Below, in pieces: positions 6,782 through 15,483 of a stretch of 32,000 bases of DNA (the stretch's first letter is position 1; each line of letters opens with the position of its first letter). The DNA comes from Candidatus Saccharimonadota bacterium (GTDB lineage: Bacteria > Patescibacteriota > Saccharimonadia > Saccharimonadales > UBA4665): the NCBI GenBank assembly GCA_963716945.1, contig OY970322.1, forward strand, positions 240,001 to 272,000, in the 5' to 3' direction. A program made the position numbers and the translations under genes. The notes under the pieces were generated by a model. That model saw only the letters and a list, made by a program, of their open reading frames with translations. It was not told where the DNA came from and made no database searches.

Positions 6782-9427
6782 ATGTCGGAGCGCAAGAAAC
6801 TGGCTATCATTGATGGCAAAAGCGTTTTTTACCGCGGCTACTACGCGATGCCCAACTTGAGCAGCCGGGACGGCACGCCGACCGGCGGCGTTTTCGGCTT
6901 CGCGACCATGGCGCTGGAAGTCATCCGCCGGCTGAAGCCGGATTACGTGGCGGTCGCCTGGGACAAGCCCAAAACCAATATCCGCAAGCGGCTGGAACTT
7001 TATCCCGAATACAAGGCCGGGCGCAAACCGGCACCGGCCGATTTTTATACGCAGGTGCCGATATTGCACGAATTGCTGGATGCTTTTGGCTGGCCGCTTT
7101 ACGAGATGGACGACTACGAAGCCGACGACATTATGGGTGCGCTGGCTGTCCAGGCCAGCCGCAAAGACATTGAGACCATGCTTATCACCTCTGATATGGA
7201 CATGCTCCAACTGGTTAATGACAAGGTCCACGTTTATGCGCTCAAAACCGGGCTGTCCAACATAGAATTGTATTCGCCCAAAAGTTTCGAGGCCAAGTAT
7301 GGTATCCATGTCGATCAATTTCTCGACCTCAAATCCATCAAAGGCGATTCCTCGGACAATATACCCGGCGTTCCGGGCATCGGCGAGAAGGGCGCGCTGG
7401 AGCTTTTGAAAACCTACAAGACGCTCGACGGCGTCTACGACAACCTGGCTCTGATCAAAGAAACCACCCGCAAAAAACTGGAGGCCGGCAAGGACCTGGC
7501 CTACCTCAGCAAGGAGTTAGCCCGCATCTGGACCGATGCGCCGATCAAACTTGACCTCAAACAGGTCGACGGCAGCAAAGTCAGGCCGGAAAAAGTCCTG
7601 GAACTGCTGCAAAAACTGGAGTTCCGCAGCCTGGTCCGCCAACTTCCCGACATCATGCAGGTGGCCATTACCAACCACCAGTCGTCAACCGGCAAAAGTC
7701 CGCTTCACGCCGGCAAGAATGTGCTCATCGACAGCAACAAAAAAGCCGCCGACCTGAGCCTGGGCGACTCCAAGTATTTCTATATCCATACCCGGTCGGC
7801 AGGCAAGCACGGCCGCAAGCCCGAGGTGCTGATTATGAGCCTCAACGGCAAAGACGCCTATACGCTCGACCTGGGCAAGCTGGAGCGTGATGCGCTTGCC
7901 AAGGAGTTCCGCGACGTCAGGCCGCTGGTCGGTTACGATATCAAGTCGACCCTCGAACTGCTGATGGAAATCGGGGTTAATGAACTGCCGCCGATTGGCC
8001 ACGACGTCTTGATCGGCGCGTTCTTGCTTAATAGCCTGCGGCGGGAGCAGAGCTTGACCGAGCTGGCCGAGGCCGAGCTCGGCTATGACGGTTCACCCTT
8101 CGAAGACCTGGACGCTGAAGAAGTCATGACCCGGGCACCGGAAATCATCGCCGTCATCAAAGCCCTGCACGAAAGCCAGGCCGCCGAACTCAAGAAGCTG
8201 CCCAAATTGGCCAAGCTGGCCGCCAGCATCGAGTGGCCGCTGATGCCGGTCTTGGCCCGCATGGAACGGGCCGGTATCGAGCTGGATACCGGATACCTGG
8301 CCCGGTTCGCCGACGAGATCAATGACCTGATTTCCGACTACGAACAGCAGATTTACGGCCATGCCGACCAGGAATTCAACATCGCTTCGCCGGCCCAGCT
8401 GTCCGAAATCCTGTTTGATAAGCTCAAACTGCCCACCAACACCATCAAGAAGGGCCGGACCGGCTACAGCACGGCCGCCCGCGAACTCGACAAGCTGCGC
8501 GGCACCCACCCGATCATCGACCTCATCACCCAATACCGCGAAGTTGCCAAGCTCAAGAACACCTACGTCGATACTTTGCCTCAGCTGGTCGATGAAAACT
8601 CGCGCGTCCACACGACTTTCAACCTGACCGTCGCCCAGACGGGCCGCCTGTCCAGCGTCGACCCCAACCTGCAGAACATACCGGTCCGGACCGAACTCGG
8701 CCGTCGTATCCGGACGGCTTTCGTGGCCGGCGCCGGCAAGAAACTGGTCAGCGCCGACTATTCGCAGTTTGAGCTCCGTCTGGCCGCCTGCCTGGCCGGC
8801 GACCAGAACCTGATCGAGATGTTCAACCGCGATGCCGACGTCCATACCATGACTGCGGCCCAGGTCTACGGCCGTGAACCGGAAGATGTCACCAAACAGA
8901 TGCGTTACGCCGCCAAGGCCGTTAATTTCGGCATTATGTACGGGCAGGGGCCGCACGCTCTGAGCCAGAGCACCGGCATGGATTTCGCGGCCGCCAAGAC
9001 CTTCATCGAGCGTTATTTTGAAATCCGCCCCAAGCTGAAGGAATTCATCGAGCAAACCCGCGCCAAGGCCCAAGAGCAGGGCTACGTCGAAGACATTTTC
9101 GGCCGCCGCCGGCCGACCCCGGACGTCAAGTCGTCGAACTTCGCCGTCCGCGAGGCCGCTTACCGCGCGGCCGTCAACATGCCGCTGCAGGGCAGTGCCG
9201 CCGACATCATGAAACTGGCTATGATCGCCGCCGACAAGCGGCTGCGCGAACAGCATAACGACTGCAATATGCTGCTTCAAATTCACGACTCCATCCTGGT
9301 AGAGTGCCCGGCCGAAGTCGCCGAAAATGTCGCCCGCCTCCTCAAAGAAACCATGGAAACGGTCTATAAGCTGCCGGCCAAGCTGACCGTCGACACCTCT
9401 ATCGGCCGCAATTGGGGCGAACTCTAG
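6782..9427 (+). CDS. polA: DNA polymerase I
   Basis: An N-terminal 5' nuclease domain is followed by the polymerase motifs: A (DYSQFELRLAA), B (RYAAKAVNFGIMYG) and C (LLQIHDSILVE). The middle 3'-5' exonuclease-like domain lacks the Exo I acidic residues. Confidence 0.97.
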   Translation: MSERKKLAIIDGKSVFYRGYYAMPNLSSRDGTPTGGVFGFATMALEVIRRLKPDYVAVAWDKPKTNIRKRLELYPEYKAGRKPAPADFYTQVPILHELLDAFGWPLYEMDDYEADDIMGALAVQASRKDIETMLITSDMDMLQLVNDKVHVYALKTGLSNIELYSPKSFEAKYGIHVDQFLDLKSIKGDSSDNIPGVPGIGEKGALELLKTYKTLDGVYDNLALIKETTRKKLEAGKDLAYLSKELARIWTDAPIKLDLKQVDGSKVRPEKVLELLQKLEFRSLVRQLPDIMQVAITNHQSSTGKSPLHAGKNVLIDSNKKAADLSLGDSKYFYIHTRSAGKHGRKPEVLIMSLNGKDAYTLDLGKLERDALAKEFRDVRPLVGYDIKSTLELLMEIGVNELPPIGHDVLIGAFLLNSLRREQSLTELAEAELGYDGSPFEDLDAEEVMTRAPEIIAVIKALHESQAAELKKLPKLAKLAASIEWPLMPVLARMERAGIELDTGYLARFADEINDLISDYEQQIYGHADQEFNIASPAQLSEILFDKLKLPTNTIKKGRTGYSTAARELDKLRGTHPIIDLITQYREVAKLKNTYVDTLPQLVDENSRVHTTFNLTVAQTGRLSSVDPNLQNIPVRTELGRRIRTAFVAGAGKKLVSADYSQFELRLAACLAGDQNLIEMFNRDADVHTMTAAQVYGREPEDVTKQMRYAAKAVNFGIMYGQGPHALSQSTGMDFAAAKTFIERYFEIRPKLKEFIEQTRAKAQEQGYVEDIFGRRRPTPDVKSSNFAVREAAYRAAVNMPLQGSAADIMKLAMIAADKRLREQHNDCNMLLQIHDSILVECPAEVAENVARLLKETMETVYKLPAKLTVDTSIGRNWGEL

Positions 9428-9430
9428 CCC

Positions 9431-9874
9431 TTATTTGGCTTCCGGGTCTTTGCGGCGGCGGCGCGGCCTGGCGGTTATACGTTTGTTGCCGGCCAGCATC
9501 AGCCGGAAAGCCAGGACAATGATCCAGATGCATAGCAGCAGATCAATCAGGCTGGTTGCCAGGCCGAGGGCGTCGGTGTGGTGCTTGGCGTTGAACAGGG
9601 CAATCAGGGCGATAAAGGCCTCGCCGACAATCAATAACTGTGCCAAGCGGCGGCTGCGCCGTTCCTGGGCGGTGTAGCCGAGTATCCAGACGGCGCCGAA
9701 CCACAGTGCCGTCAAGATGAAGAAAATCAGCGACACAATAAGGTTGCTGCCGCAGTTGCTGCCGTCATGACGGCAAGTAGACACGACCGAATCGACGCCG
9801 TTGGCGATGCCCAGAAAACTCAAGGTGATGAACTGGATAAGAGTAGCTACGCCCGTTTGGTAAGTCAGCTTCAT
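9431..9874 (-). CDS. hypothetical integral membrane protein (about 4 TM), basic C-terminus
   Basis: Four hydrophobic stretches and an RPRRRRKDPEAK tail. No family was recognised. Confidence 0.7.
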   Translation of the reverse strand: MKLTYQTGVATLIQFITLSFLGIANGVDSVVSTCRHDGSNCGSNLIVSLIFFILTALWFGAVWILGYTAQERRSRRLAQLLIVGEAFIALIALFNAKHHTDALGLATSLIDLLLCIWIIVLAFRLMLAGNKRITARPRRRRKDPEAK

Positions 9875-9882
9875 GCCTATTC

Positions 9883-9888
9883 ATTATA
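9883..9888 (-). promoter_or_regulatory. -10 box TATAAT 8 nt upstream of the ATG at 9874
   Basis: The minus strand reads TATAAT-gaataggc-ATG. There is no SD. Confidence 0.4.
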
Positions 9889-9997
9889 GTATGCGAAGCG
9901 TAAGCGCAAAGCGGAATTATTCCGGACCAGCGGCCGCCTGCCGCCCCTTGGCTTTTCGTGCCAGAAAGTTGAAAAAAACACACAATAGTGTTAGTAT

Positions 9998-10579
9998 ATG
10001 GCCATTATGGTAGGTTCGGGTACGCGCTACTTCATAGCTTTCTTCGTAGCCCTGGGGCTTCTGTTCCTGGTCATCTTCCTGTTGTTTCACAGCGGGACGC
10101 AAAAGCCAAAGGCGCCGACCGCCCGCTCCCTGGTCAGCTACGCTACCACTGACGCCCAGGTCAGCATGAGCATAGACGGTCCGGTCAATGCCGACCAGAA
10201 CCACCAGCAGGTCCTGGTTACCGTCAGTAACCAGGACGTTACCTTCGAACAATTACAGGGCTATGACGGCAATGTCGTCTATTCCCAGAGTTTCGCCAAC
10301 ACCGAGAACGCTTACGCCGCCTTCTTGCAGTCCCTGGCCCACGCCGGCTTCACGCTTGGCAATAACAGCCCGACCGCCAAAGACGAGCGCGGTTACTGTC
10401 CGCTTGGCGAGCGTTATGTTTTCCAGCTGCAGCAGGATAGCCAGACCCTGGAGCGCTATTGGACGACCAGCTGCGGCGGCAAGCTCAGGACTTATCAGGG
10501 CCTCCAGAGCCTGACAATCGAACTATTCCAAAACCAGGTGCCGAACTACAGGGGCCTGACCAAGACGGTTTTGTTTTAG
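9998..10579 (+). CDS. hypothetical N-terminally membrane-anchored or secreted protein, 193 aa
   Basis: It has an N-terminal TM or signal-like segment (YFIAFFVALGLLFLVIFLLF) and two Cys in the C-terminal part. The start could instead be the ATG at 10007, because TTGAAA(9969)-17-TAGTAT(9992-9997) abuts the first ATG. Confidence 0.7.
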   Translation: MAIMVGSGTRYFIAFFVALGLLFLVIFLLFHSGTQKPKAPTARSLVSYATTDAQVSMSIDGPVNADQNHQQVLVTVSNQDVTFEQLQGYDGNVVYSQSFANTENAYAAFLQSLAHAGFTLGNNSPTAKDERGYCPLGERYVFQLQQDSQTLERYWTTSCGGKLRTYQGLQSLTIELFQNQVPNYRGLTKTVLF

Positions 10580-10595
10580 GACCGGTCTCCCGGTG

Positions 10596-10601
10596 TAAAA
10601 T
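10596..10601 (+). promoter_or_regulatory. -10 box TAAAAT 6 nt upstream of the ATG at 10608 (leaderless geometry)
   Basis: The sequence reads TAAAAT-agagct-ATG. There is no SD. Confidence 0.45.
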
Positions 10602-10607
10602 AGAGCT

Positions 10608-11177
10608 ATGATCAAGGCCGTAATTTTTGACTGCTTCGGCGTCCTGTCGACGGAGGGCTGGCTATCGTTCAAGGCGGAATACTTTGGGCATGACCAACAG
10701 CTGCTTGACCGGGCCAGTCATATAATCTGGCAGGCCAACGGGGGGCTAATCAGCTATGACGACTTTATCCGAAGTATAGCCGGCCTAGCGGGTATAACAC
10801 CTGTGATGGCAGCTAAGGCAATAGGTCGTAACGTACCCGACGAAGAGCTTTTCGCGTATCTCAAGGAGCTCAAGGATCGCTATAAGTTAGGTCTTTTGAG
10901 TAACGTGGCCTCGGGCCAGCTTCACACCATATTCTCGAAAGACCAGATAGACTTGTTTGACGCGGTCGTTTTATCTTTCGAGAACGGTTTTATCAAGCCT
11001 CAGGCCGAAGCTTACCAAAATGCCGCCGAACGGATGGGCGTAGATATTAGCGAATGTGTGTTTGTAGACGATCAAGAACGAAACACTACCGGTGCCATTG
11101 AATCCGGAATGAAAGCTATCTTGTACAAAGACCCCGCCCAGCTGAGGCGTGAACTCGGGCCGCTGCTGAAGGACTAG
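10608..11177 (+). CDS. HAD-superfamily hydrolase (subfamily IA-like)
   Basis: Motif I is VIFDCFGVL and motif IV is VFVDDQERN. The residue at D+2 is Phe, not Asp, so it may not be a classical phosphatase. Confidence 0.85.
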   Translation: MIKAVIFDCFGVLSTEGWLSFKAEYFGHDQQLLDRASHIIWQANGGLISYDDFIRSIAGLAGITPVMAAKAIGRNVPDEELFAYLKELKDRYKLGLLSNVASGQLHTIFSKDQIDLFDAVVLSFENGFIKPQAEAYQNAAERMGVDISECVFVDDQERNTTGAIESGMKAILYKDPAQLRRELGPLLKD

Positions 11178-11410
11178 CCGATCCGGAAAGTCAGCCGCTT
11201 GTCGATCTGGCAGCGGCGCTTAATCTCCGGGCCGCGCAGCCTGAGGGTATTGGCCAGCGCCGCGCTCGAAACGGTCACCACGATGTCGCGCTCGCGTACC
11301 TGCACGCCGACCGCCAGCTGGAATTCGTCTTGGACGTACTTCTTGATGCTTTTCATCTCCGGCGGTTCGTCGAAATCCTTGCGGCTTAAGATACTGCTTA
11401 GGCTGTCCAT
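11174..11410 (-). CDS. DUF721/DciA-like small protein
   Basis: The C-terminal half RDIVVTVSSAALANTLRLRGPEIKRRC...KRLTFRIG fits the DUF721 pattern (L.v.v.ssawa.eL......l......i..i.f.vg). I chose the ATG at 11410 as start because TATAAT (11418-11423, minus) lies 7 nt upstream of it. The in-frame ATGs at 11419 and 11506 are alternatives; 11506 would overlap fpg. Confidence 0.5.
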   Translation of the reverse strand: MDSLSSILSRKDFDEPPEMKSIKKYVQDEFQLAVGVQVRERDIVVTVSSAALANTLRLRGPEIKRRCQIDKRLTFRIG

Positions 11411-11425
11411 ATCCTCCATTATACT

Positions 11426-11434
11426 TGCTACAAT
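11426..11434 (+). promoter_or_regulatory. extended -10 TGcTACAAT 6 nt upstream of the fpg ATG (leaderless geometry)
   Basis: The sequence reads TGCTACAAT-agttga-ATG(11441). Confidence 0.5.
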
Positions 11435-11440
11435 AGTTGA

Positions 11441-12322
11441 ATGCCGGAATTGCCAGAGGTTGAGACTGTTCGCGTTGGTTTGGCCCGTTTGCTGCCGGGA
11501 CGGCAAGTTGCTGCCGCCGAAGCCGACTGGGCCAAATCCTTTCCCAACGCGCCGGCCGACGTTAAGGAATTCCTAATCGGGGCCGAAGTCCTGGCGGTCA
11601 AGCGCCGTGCCAAGGTCCTGATTATCGAGTTGTCGACCAAGTACTCTCTGGTAATCCATCTCAAAATGACCGGCCAGCTGGTTTTCCGGGGGCAAGACGA
11701 GCAGTTCGGCGCCGGCCACCCCAACCATTCGCTGGTCGGCCGCCTGCCGGACAAATCGACGCGGGTGACACTGTCCTTCAAAGACGGCAGCCGTCTGTTC
11801 TTCAATGACCAGCGCAAATTCGGCTGGATGCGCCTGATTCCGACCCTGGAAGTCATGAACCTCGACTTTTTCAAAAAAGTCGGGCCCGAGCCGCTGAGCG
11901 CCGATTTCACCAAGCAAATCATGCGCGACCGGCTGATGCGGCGCAAGAATTCCAACGTCAAGGCGGCCCTGCTTGACCAGACGATGGTGGCCGGCGTCGG
12001 CAATATTTATGCCGACGAGTCTCTGTGGGGGGCCAAAATCCACCCGGCGACGCTGGTCAGGGGGCTGGCCGCGCGCCAGTTTTACAATCTGTATGACGAG
12101 CTGATTTTCGTGCTGAAGCTGGCGATTGAGAAGGGCGGCTCGACGGACAAGAATTACGTCAACGCCGAAGGCAAAAGCGGCAGCTACCTGACCTTTGCCC
12201 GGGTTTTCCGGCGCGAGGGCCAGGCCTGTCCGCGCTGCGGCACCACCATCATAAAAACCCGCGTCGCCGGCCGCGGCACCCACCTCTGTCCGCGCTGCCA
12301 GAAACTTAAACCAGTTTCCTGA
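11441..12322 (+). CDS. mutM: formamidopyrimidine-DNA glycosylase
   Basis: It has the canonical N-terminus MPELPEVETV and a C-terminal zinc finger CPRCGTTIIKTRVAGRGTHLCPRCQ. Confidence 0.95.
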   Translation: MPELPEVETVRVGLARLLPGRQVAAAEADWAKSFPNAPADVKEFLIGAEVLAVKRRAKVLIIELSTKYSLVIHLKMTGQLVFRGQDEQFGAGHPNHSLVGRLPDKSTRVTLSFKDGSRLFFNDQRKFGWMRLIPTLEVMNLDFFKKVGPEPLSADFTKQIMRDRLMRRKNSNVKAALLDQTMVAGVGNIYADESLWGAKIHPATLVRGLAARQFYNLYDELIFVLKLAIEKGGSTDKNYVNAEGKSGSYLTFARVFRREGQACPRCGTTIIKTRVAGRGTHLCPRCQKLKPVS

Positions 12323-14513
12323 GCAGGGCGGTAACGTCTTTGGAAGCGGGCAGGCGGTAGCGGGCCAGGGTCCGGCCGCGCCCGATCTTGACGCTGTAGG
12401 CCGAGGCGGGCAAAACCCTGAACAGGTCTTCGTCAGTCACGTCGTCGCCAATCGCCAGTATGAAATCATAATTCTTCTCCAGCCAGCGGCGGGCGACCGC
12501 GCCTTTGCTGACTTTGGGGTTCTTGATTTCCAGGACTTTGTTGCCTTGCATCAGTTCCAGGCCGTACTTCTTGAGCACCGGCTTGAGTACCCGCTTGATA
12601 ATCACGGCGTATTTCTGGGCGTGGTAAGCCGAGGCCGCGCGGTAATGCCAGACCAGCGAGTGGGGCTTGACTTCGACCCTGGCCCCAGGTGTCAGGGCGG
12701 CGTACTTCTCCAGAACTGGCTGGAGCAGCTGTTTCCACTCGGTATCGACTTTTTCGACGGTTTGCCAGGTTTTGCGCCCGGCCGGCCTGACACCGGCGCC
12801 GTGTTCGGATACCAGGTTGATCGGCAGGTCGTCGAACCATTGGTGCAGATCGGCCGTGCTGCGGCCGCTGATTAACACGACGTCGTTGGCCTTGTCGGCG
12901 CTTAGCGTTTCGAGCAGCTGGAGCAGGCTCTTGGGCGGCCGGGCATTCTTGTAATCTTCGGTAAAGGGTACCAGGCTGCCGTCATAATCCAGCAGTAGCA
13001 GGTGCTTTTTGGAATGCTGCCAGTCGTGCAGCAAACGTATTTCGGGCCGCCCTTTGAGCGATTGGACAATCAGTTTAGTGCCGGGTACCGGCTGCTGCAT
13101 GGTCGCGATGAAGCCCTGGGCCCATTCCTGCACCGTGTTGGTGGATAGCTGTTGCTGCATGTGGCGCAGGCGGCGGCGCAGTTCGCGGCCGCGCATTTGC
13201 AGGGCTTGTTCGAGAGCGCCGACCAGTGCTTCGGGCTGCTTGGGGTTAACCAGAATGGCATCCTGGAGCTCCTCGGCCGCCCCGGCGGTTTCGCTAAGTA
13301 TCAAGACGCCGCTTTTGTGCTTGCTGGCGACAAACTCCTTGGCAGCCAGGTTCATCCCGTCGCGCAGCGGTGCGATAAACGCCACGTCGGCAATCTGGAA
13401 CAGCGCCGTCACTTCTTCGAAAGGCTGCACCACGTTCATATAATCGATCGGCTGCCATCTGGGCGAGCCGTACTTGGTGTTAATCTCGCCGACCAGCGCC
13501 GACAGCCGTTTGGATAGCTTCTGGTAAGCCGGCACGTCGGTCCGCGAAGGGGCGGCCACCAGGCTGAAAACTACTTTGCCGCGCAGCTTTTTGTTACGCT
13601 CCAGCAGGGTGGCGTAGGCTTTTAGCCGCTCGACCAGGCCTTTTGTCGGGTCCAGCCGGTCGACGGCTACGATGACCCTCAGGCCGCCGTAACGGCGGCG
13701 GTAACGGCGGACGGCCGCTTTGACGGACTTGGATTTAGTAGCCGCGGCGTACCTCTCATAATCGATACCCATCGGGAAATCGGCCACCCGGACGAACCGG
13801 TCGCCGACCATCGGCTCCTTGTCGTTCGCCAGTTCGATGCCGATATCGCGGCAGTTCTCCAAGAAATTGGCCACGTAACCGGGCGTATGGAAGCCGACCA
13901 CGTCGGCCCCCAGCATACCGTTCAACAATTTTTTGCGTTCCGGCAGTTTGGCCAGCGTTTTGGCATCGGGGAAGGTGGTATGCAGGAAGAAGCCGGTAAT
14001 GATGTCGGCCCGCTCGGCCCGCAGCAACTCCGGTACCAGCAATAGCTGGTAATCATGTACCCAGACGCGGAAACCGGTTTCCGCCAGGTTAAGCGTAGCC
14101 TGCGCGTATTGCTCATTGACGCTCCGGTAGGCCCGCCACCAGCGCTGCCGGGTGGCGGTATCGACAGGCGTGGATTTTGCCAGGTTGTGGAACAGGGGCC
14201 ACAGGACGCCGTTGCTGTAGCCGCTGTAGAAGTCGTCAATCTGCCGCTGGCTGAGAAAAATCGGGTAACAGTTGCGTTTCTCCAGCTCTTCGACGATAGC
14301 TTGCCGGTCGCCGTCGCTCAAGTCGTCGCTGGCAATGCCGGGCCAGCCGATCCAGCGGTTTTTAGGGTCGTCGGCGTAGGCGGCCAGGCCCGTGGCGATA
14401 CCGCCGATGCTAGCGCGGAAAACTAATTTGCCGTCCTCTTTCTTGACGCTAACGGGCAAACGGTTGGAAACAATAATTACCTGTGACATATAGGGGTGTA
14501 ACACTTGTAGCAT
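12306..14513 (-). CDS. otsAB: bifunctional trehalose-6-phosphate synthase (GT20) / trehalose-6-phosphate phosphatase fusion
   Basis: The N-terminus IIVSNRLPVSV..GGIATGL and the rest of the GT20 fold are followed by the HAD motif LLLDYDGSLVPF and AIGDDVTDEDLF. Alternative start at the ATG at 14489 (MSQVIIVSNRLP). Confidence 0.93.
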   Translation of the reverse strand: MLQVLHPYMSQVIIVSNRLPVSVKKEDGKLVFRASIGGIATGLAAYADDPKNRWIGWPGIASDDLSDGDRQAIVEELEKRNCYPIFLSQRQIDDFYSGYSNGVLWPLFHNLAKSTPVDTATRQRWWRAYRSVNEQYAQATLNLAETGFRVWVHDYQLLLVPELLRAERADIITGFFLHTTFPDAKTLAKLPERKKLLNGMLGADVVGFHTPGYVANFLENCRDIGIELANDKEPMVGDRFVRVADFPMGIDYERYAAATKSKSVKAAVRRYRRRYGGLRVIVAVDRLDPTKGLVERLKAYATLLERNKKLRGKVVFSLVAAPSRTDVPAYQKLSKRLSALVGEINTKYGSPRWQPIDYMNVVQPFEEVTALFQIADVAFIAPLRDGMNLAAKEFVASKHKSGVLILSETAGAAEELQDAILVNPKQPEALVGALEQALQMRGRELRRRLRHMQQQLSTNTVQEWAQGFIATMQQPVPGTKLIVQSLKGRPEIRLLHDWQHSKKHLLLLDYDGSLVPFTEDYKNARPPKSLLQLLETLSADKANDVVLISGRSTADLHQWFDDLPINLVSEHGAGVRPAGRKTWQTVEKVDTEWKQLLQPVLEKYAALTPGARVEVKPHSLVWHYRAASAYHAQKYAVIIKRVLKPVLKKYGLELMQGNKVLEIKNPKVSKGAVARRWLEKNYDFILAIGDDVTDEDLFRVLPASAYSVKIGRGRTLARYRLPASKDVTALLRKLV

Positions 14514-14540
14514 AGCAGATCGCGCCGCCCGGCACTGTGT

Positions 14541-14555
14541 CTATTGTTACAATAG
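14541..14555. promoter_or_regulatory. perfect 7-1-7 palindrome CTATTGT-T-ACAATAG containing the holA extended -10 (TGtTACAAT, 14545-14553)
   Basis: The plus strand reads TGTTACAAT-agctgc-ATG(14560). The minus strand reads TGTAACAAT towards otsAB. Confidence 0.5.
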
Positions 14556-14559
14556 CTGC

Positions 14560-15483
14560 ATGATTGTTACGCTGTCGGGAGAAAACAGTTTCGGTTTGGG
14601 CGCCGAATTACGGCGTCTGACCGATGATTTCGTGCGCGATAACGGCGATTTGGCGCTGGAACGCCTCGACGGCCAGGAAGCCGGCTTCGACCAGGTACGT
14701 GAAGCCTTGGCCGGCCTGCCGTTCCTGGCGGCCCGCAAGCTGGTAGTCCTGCGTACCCCGGGCGCCAATAAGCAGTTCGCCGAGAAAGCCGAACAGCTGC
14801 TAGCCGAACTTCCGGAAACCACCGATGTTATTATCGTCGAGCCCAAGCTTGATAGGCGTCTCGGCTACTATAAGTTTCTGAAGCAAAAAACCGACTTCCG
14901 CGACTTTCCCGAACTCGACCGGAACGGCCTGGTCCGCTGGCTGGTCGAAACCGCCAAAGCCGGCGGCGCCGCCCTGAACCTGGCTGACGCCAGCTACCTG
15001 GTCGAGCGGACAGGCCTGAGCCAGCAGTCACTGGCCGGCGAACTCGAAAAACTCATGCTTTATGATAAGCGCATCAGCCGCCAAACGATAGATTTACTGA
15101 CCGAGCCGACACCCCAGAGCACCGTTTTCCAGCTGCTGGAAGCGGCTTTCGCCGGCCGTGCCAAAACCGCCCTCCAACTATATGCCGAACAGCGCGCCCA
15201 AAAGGTCGAACCGCCGCAAATCATCGCCATGCTGGTCTGGCAGCTCCACGCCCTGGCGGTTGTGAAAACCGCCGGCAGCCGTTCGGCCGAGGAGATTGCC
15301 GCCGAGGCCAAGCTGAACCCGTTCGTGGTCCGCAAAACCCAGTCGATTGCCCGCAGCCTTAGCTTGCCCGAACTCAAAAAACTGATTGCCGACCTCCTAA
15401 AAATCGATGTCGGCACGAAACGCACGTCAATCGACCCGGACGAGGCGCTGCAGCACTACCTGCTTAAGCTCGGGCGGGCTTGA
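14560..15483 (+). CDS. holA: DNA polymerase III subunit delta
   Basis: The size is right. The N-terminal clamp-loader pattern (GENSFGLGAEL...LAGLPFLAARKLVVLRTP) is present. Convergent adjacency to rpsT is conserved in many bacteria. Confidence 0.85.
   Translation: MIVTLSGENSFGLGAELRRLTDDFVRDNGDLALERLDGQEAGFDQVREALAGLPFLAARKLVVLRTPGANKQFAEKAEQLLAELPETTDVIIVEPKLDRRLGYYKFLKQKTDFRDFPELDRNGLVRWLVETAKAGGAALNLADASYLVERTGLSQQSLAGELEKLMLYDKRISRQTIDLLTEPTPQSTVFQLLEAAFAGRAKTALQLYAEQRAQKVEPPQIIAMLVWQLHALAVVKTAGSRSAEEIAAEAKLNPFVVRKTQSIARSLSLPELKKLIADLLKIDVGTKRTSIDPDEALQHYLLKLGRA

Noticed and set aside
8093-9286. A 397-aa minus-strand ORF inside polA, and similar long antisense ORFs at 15969-16823, 16316-17383, 19179-20045, 20136-21089, 22030-23550, 22590-23513, 24529-25419, 24815-25564 and 25353-26057
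   Set aside because: Each lies opposite a confidently identified housekeeping gene (polA, DHH-like, pnp, rnj, ftsK). None has start signals or recognisable domains.
11411-11506. The longer 110-aa version of the dciA-like ORF, starting at 11506
   Set aside because: The extra N-terminal 29-32 codons overlap the fpg start and promoter on the other strand and look non-protein-like (MPSRQQTGQTNANSLNLWQF..). A TATAAT box inside this extension points to the downstream ATG.
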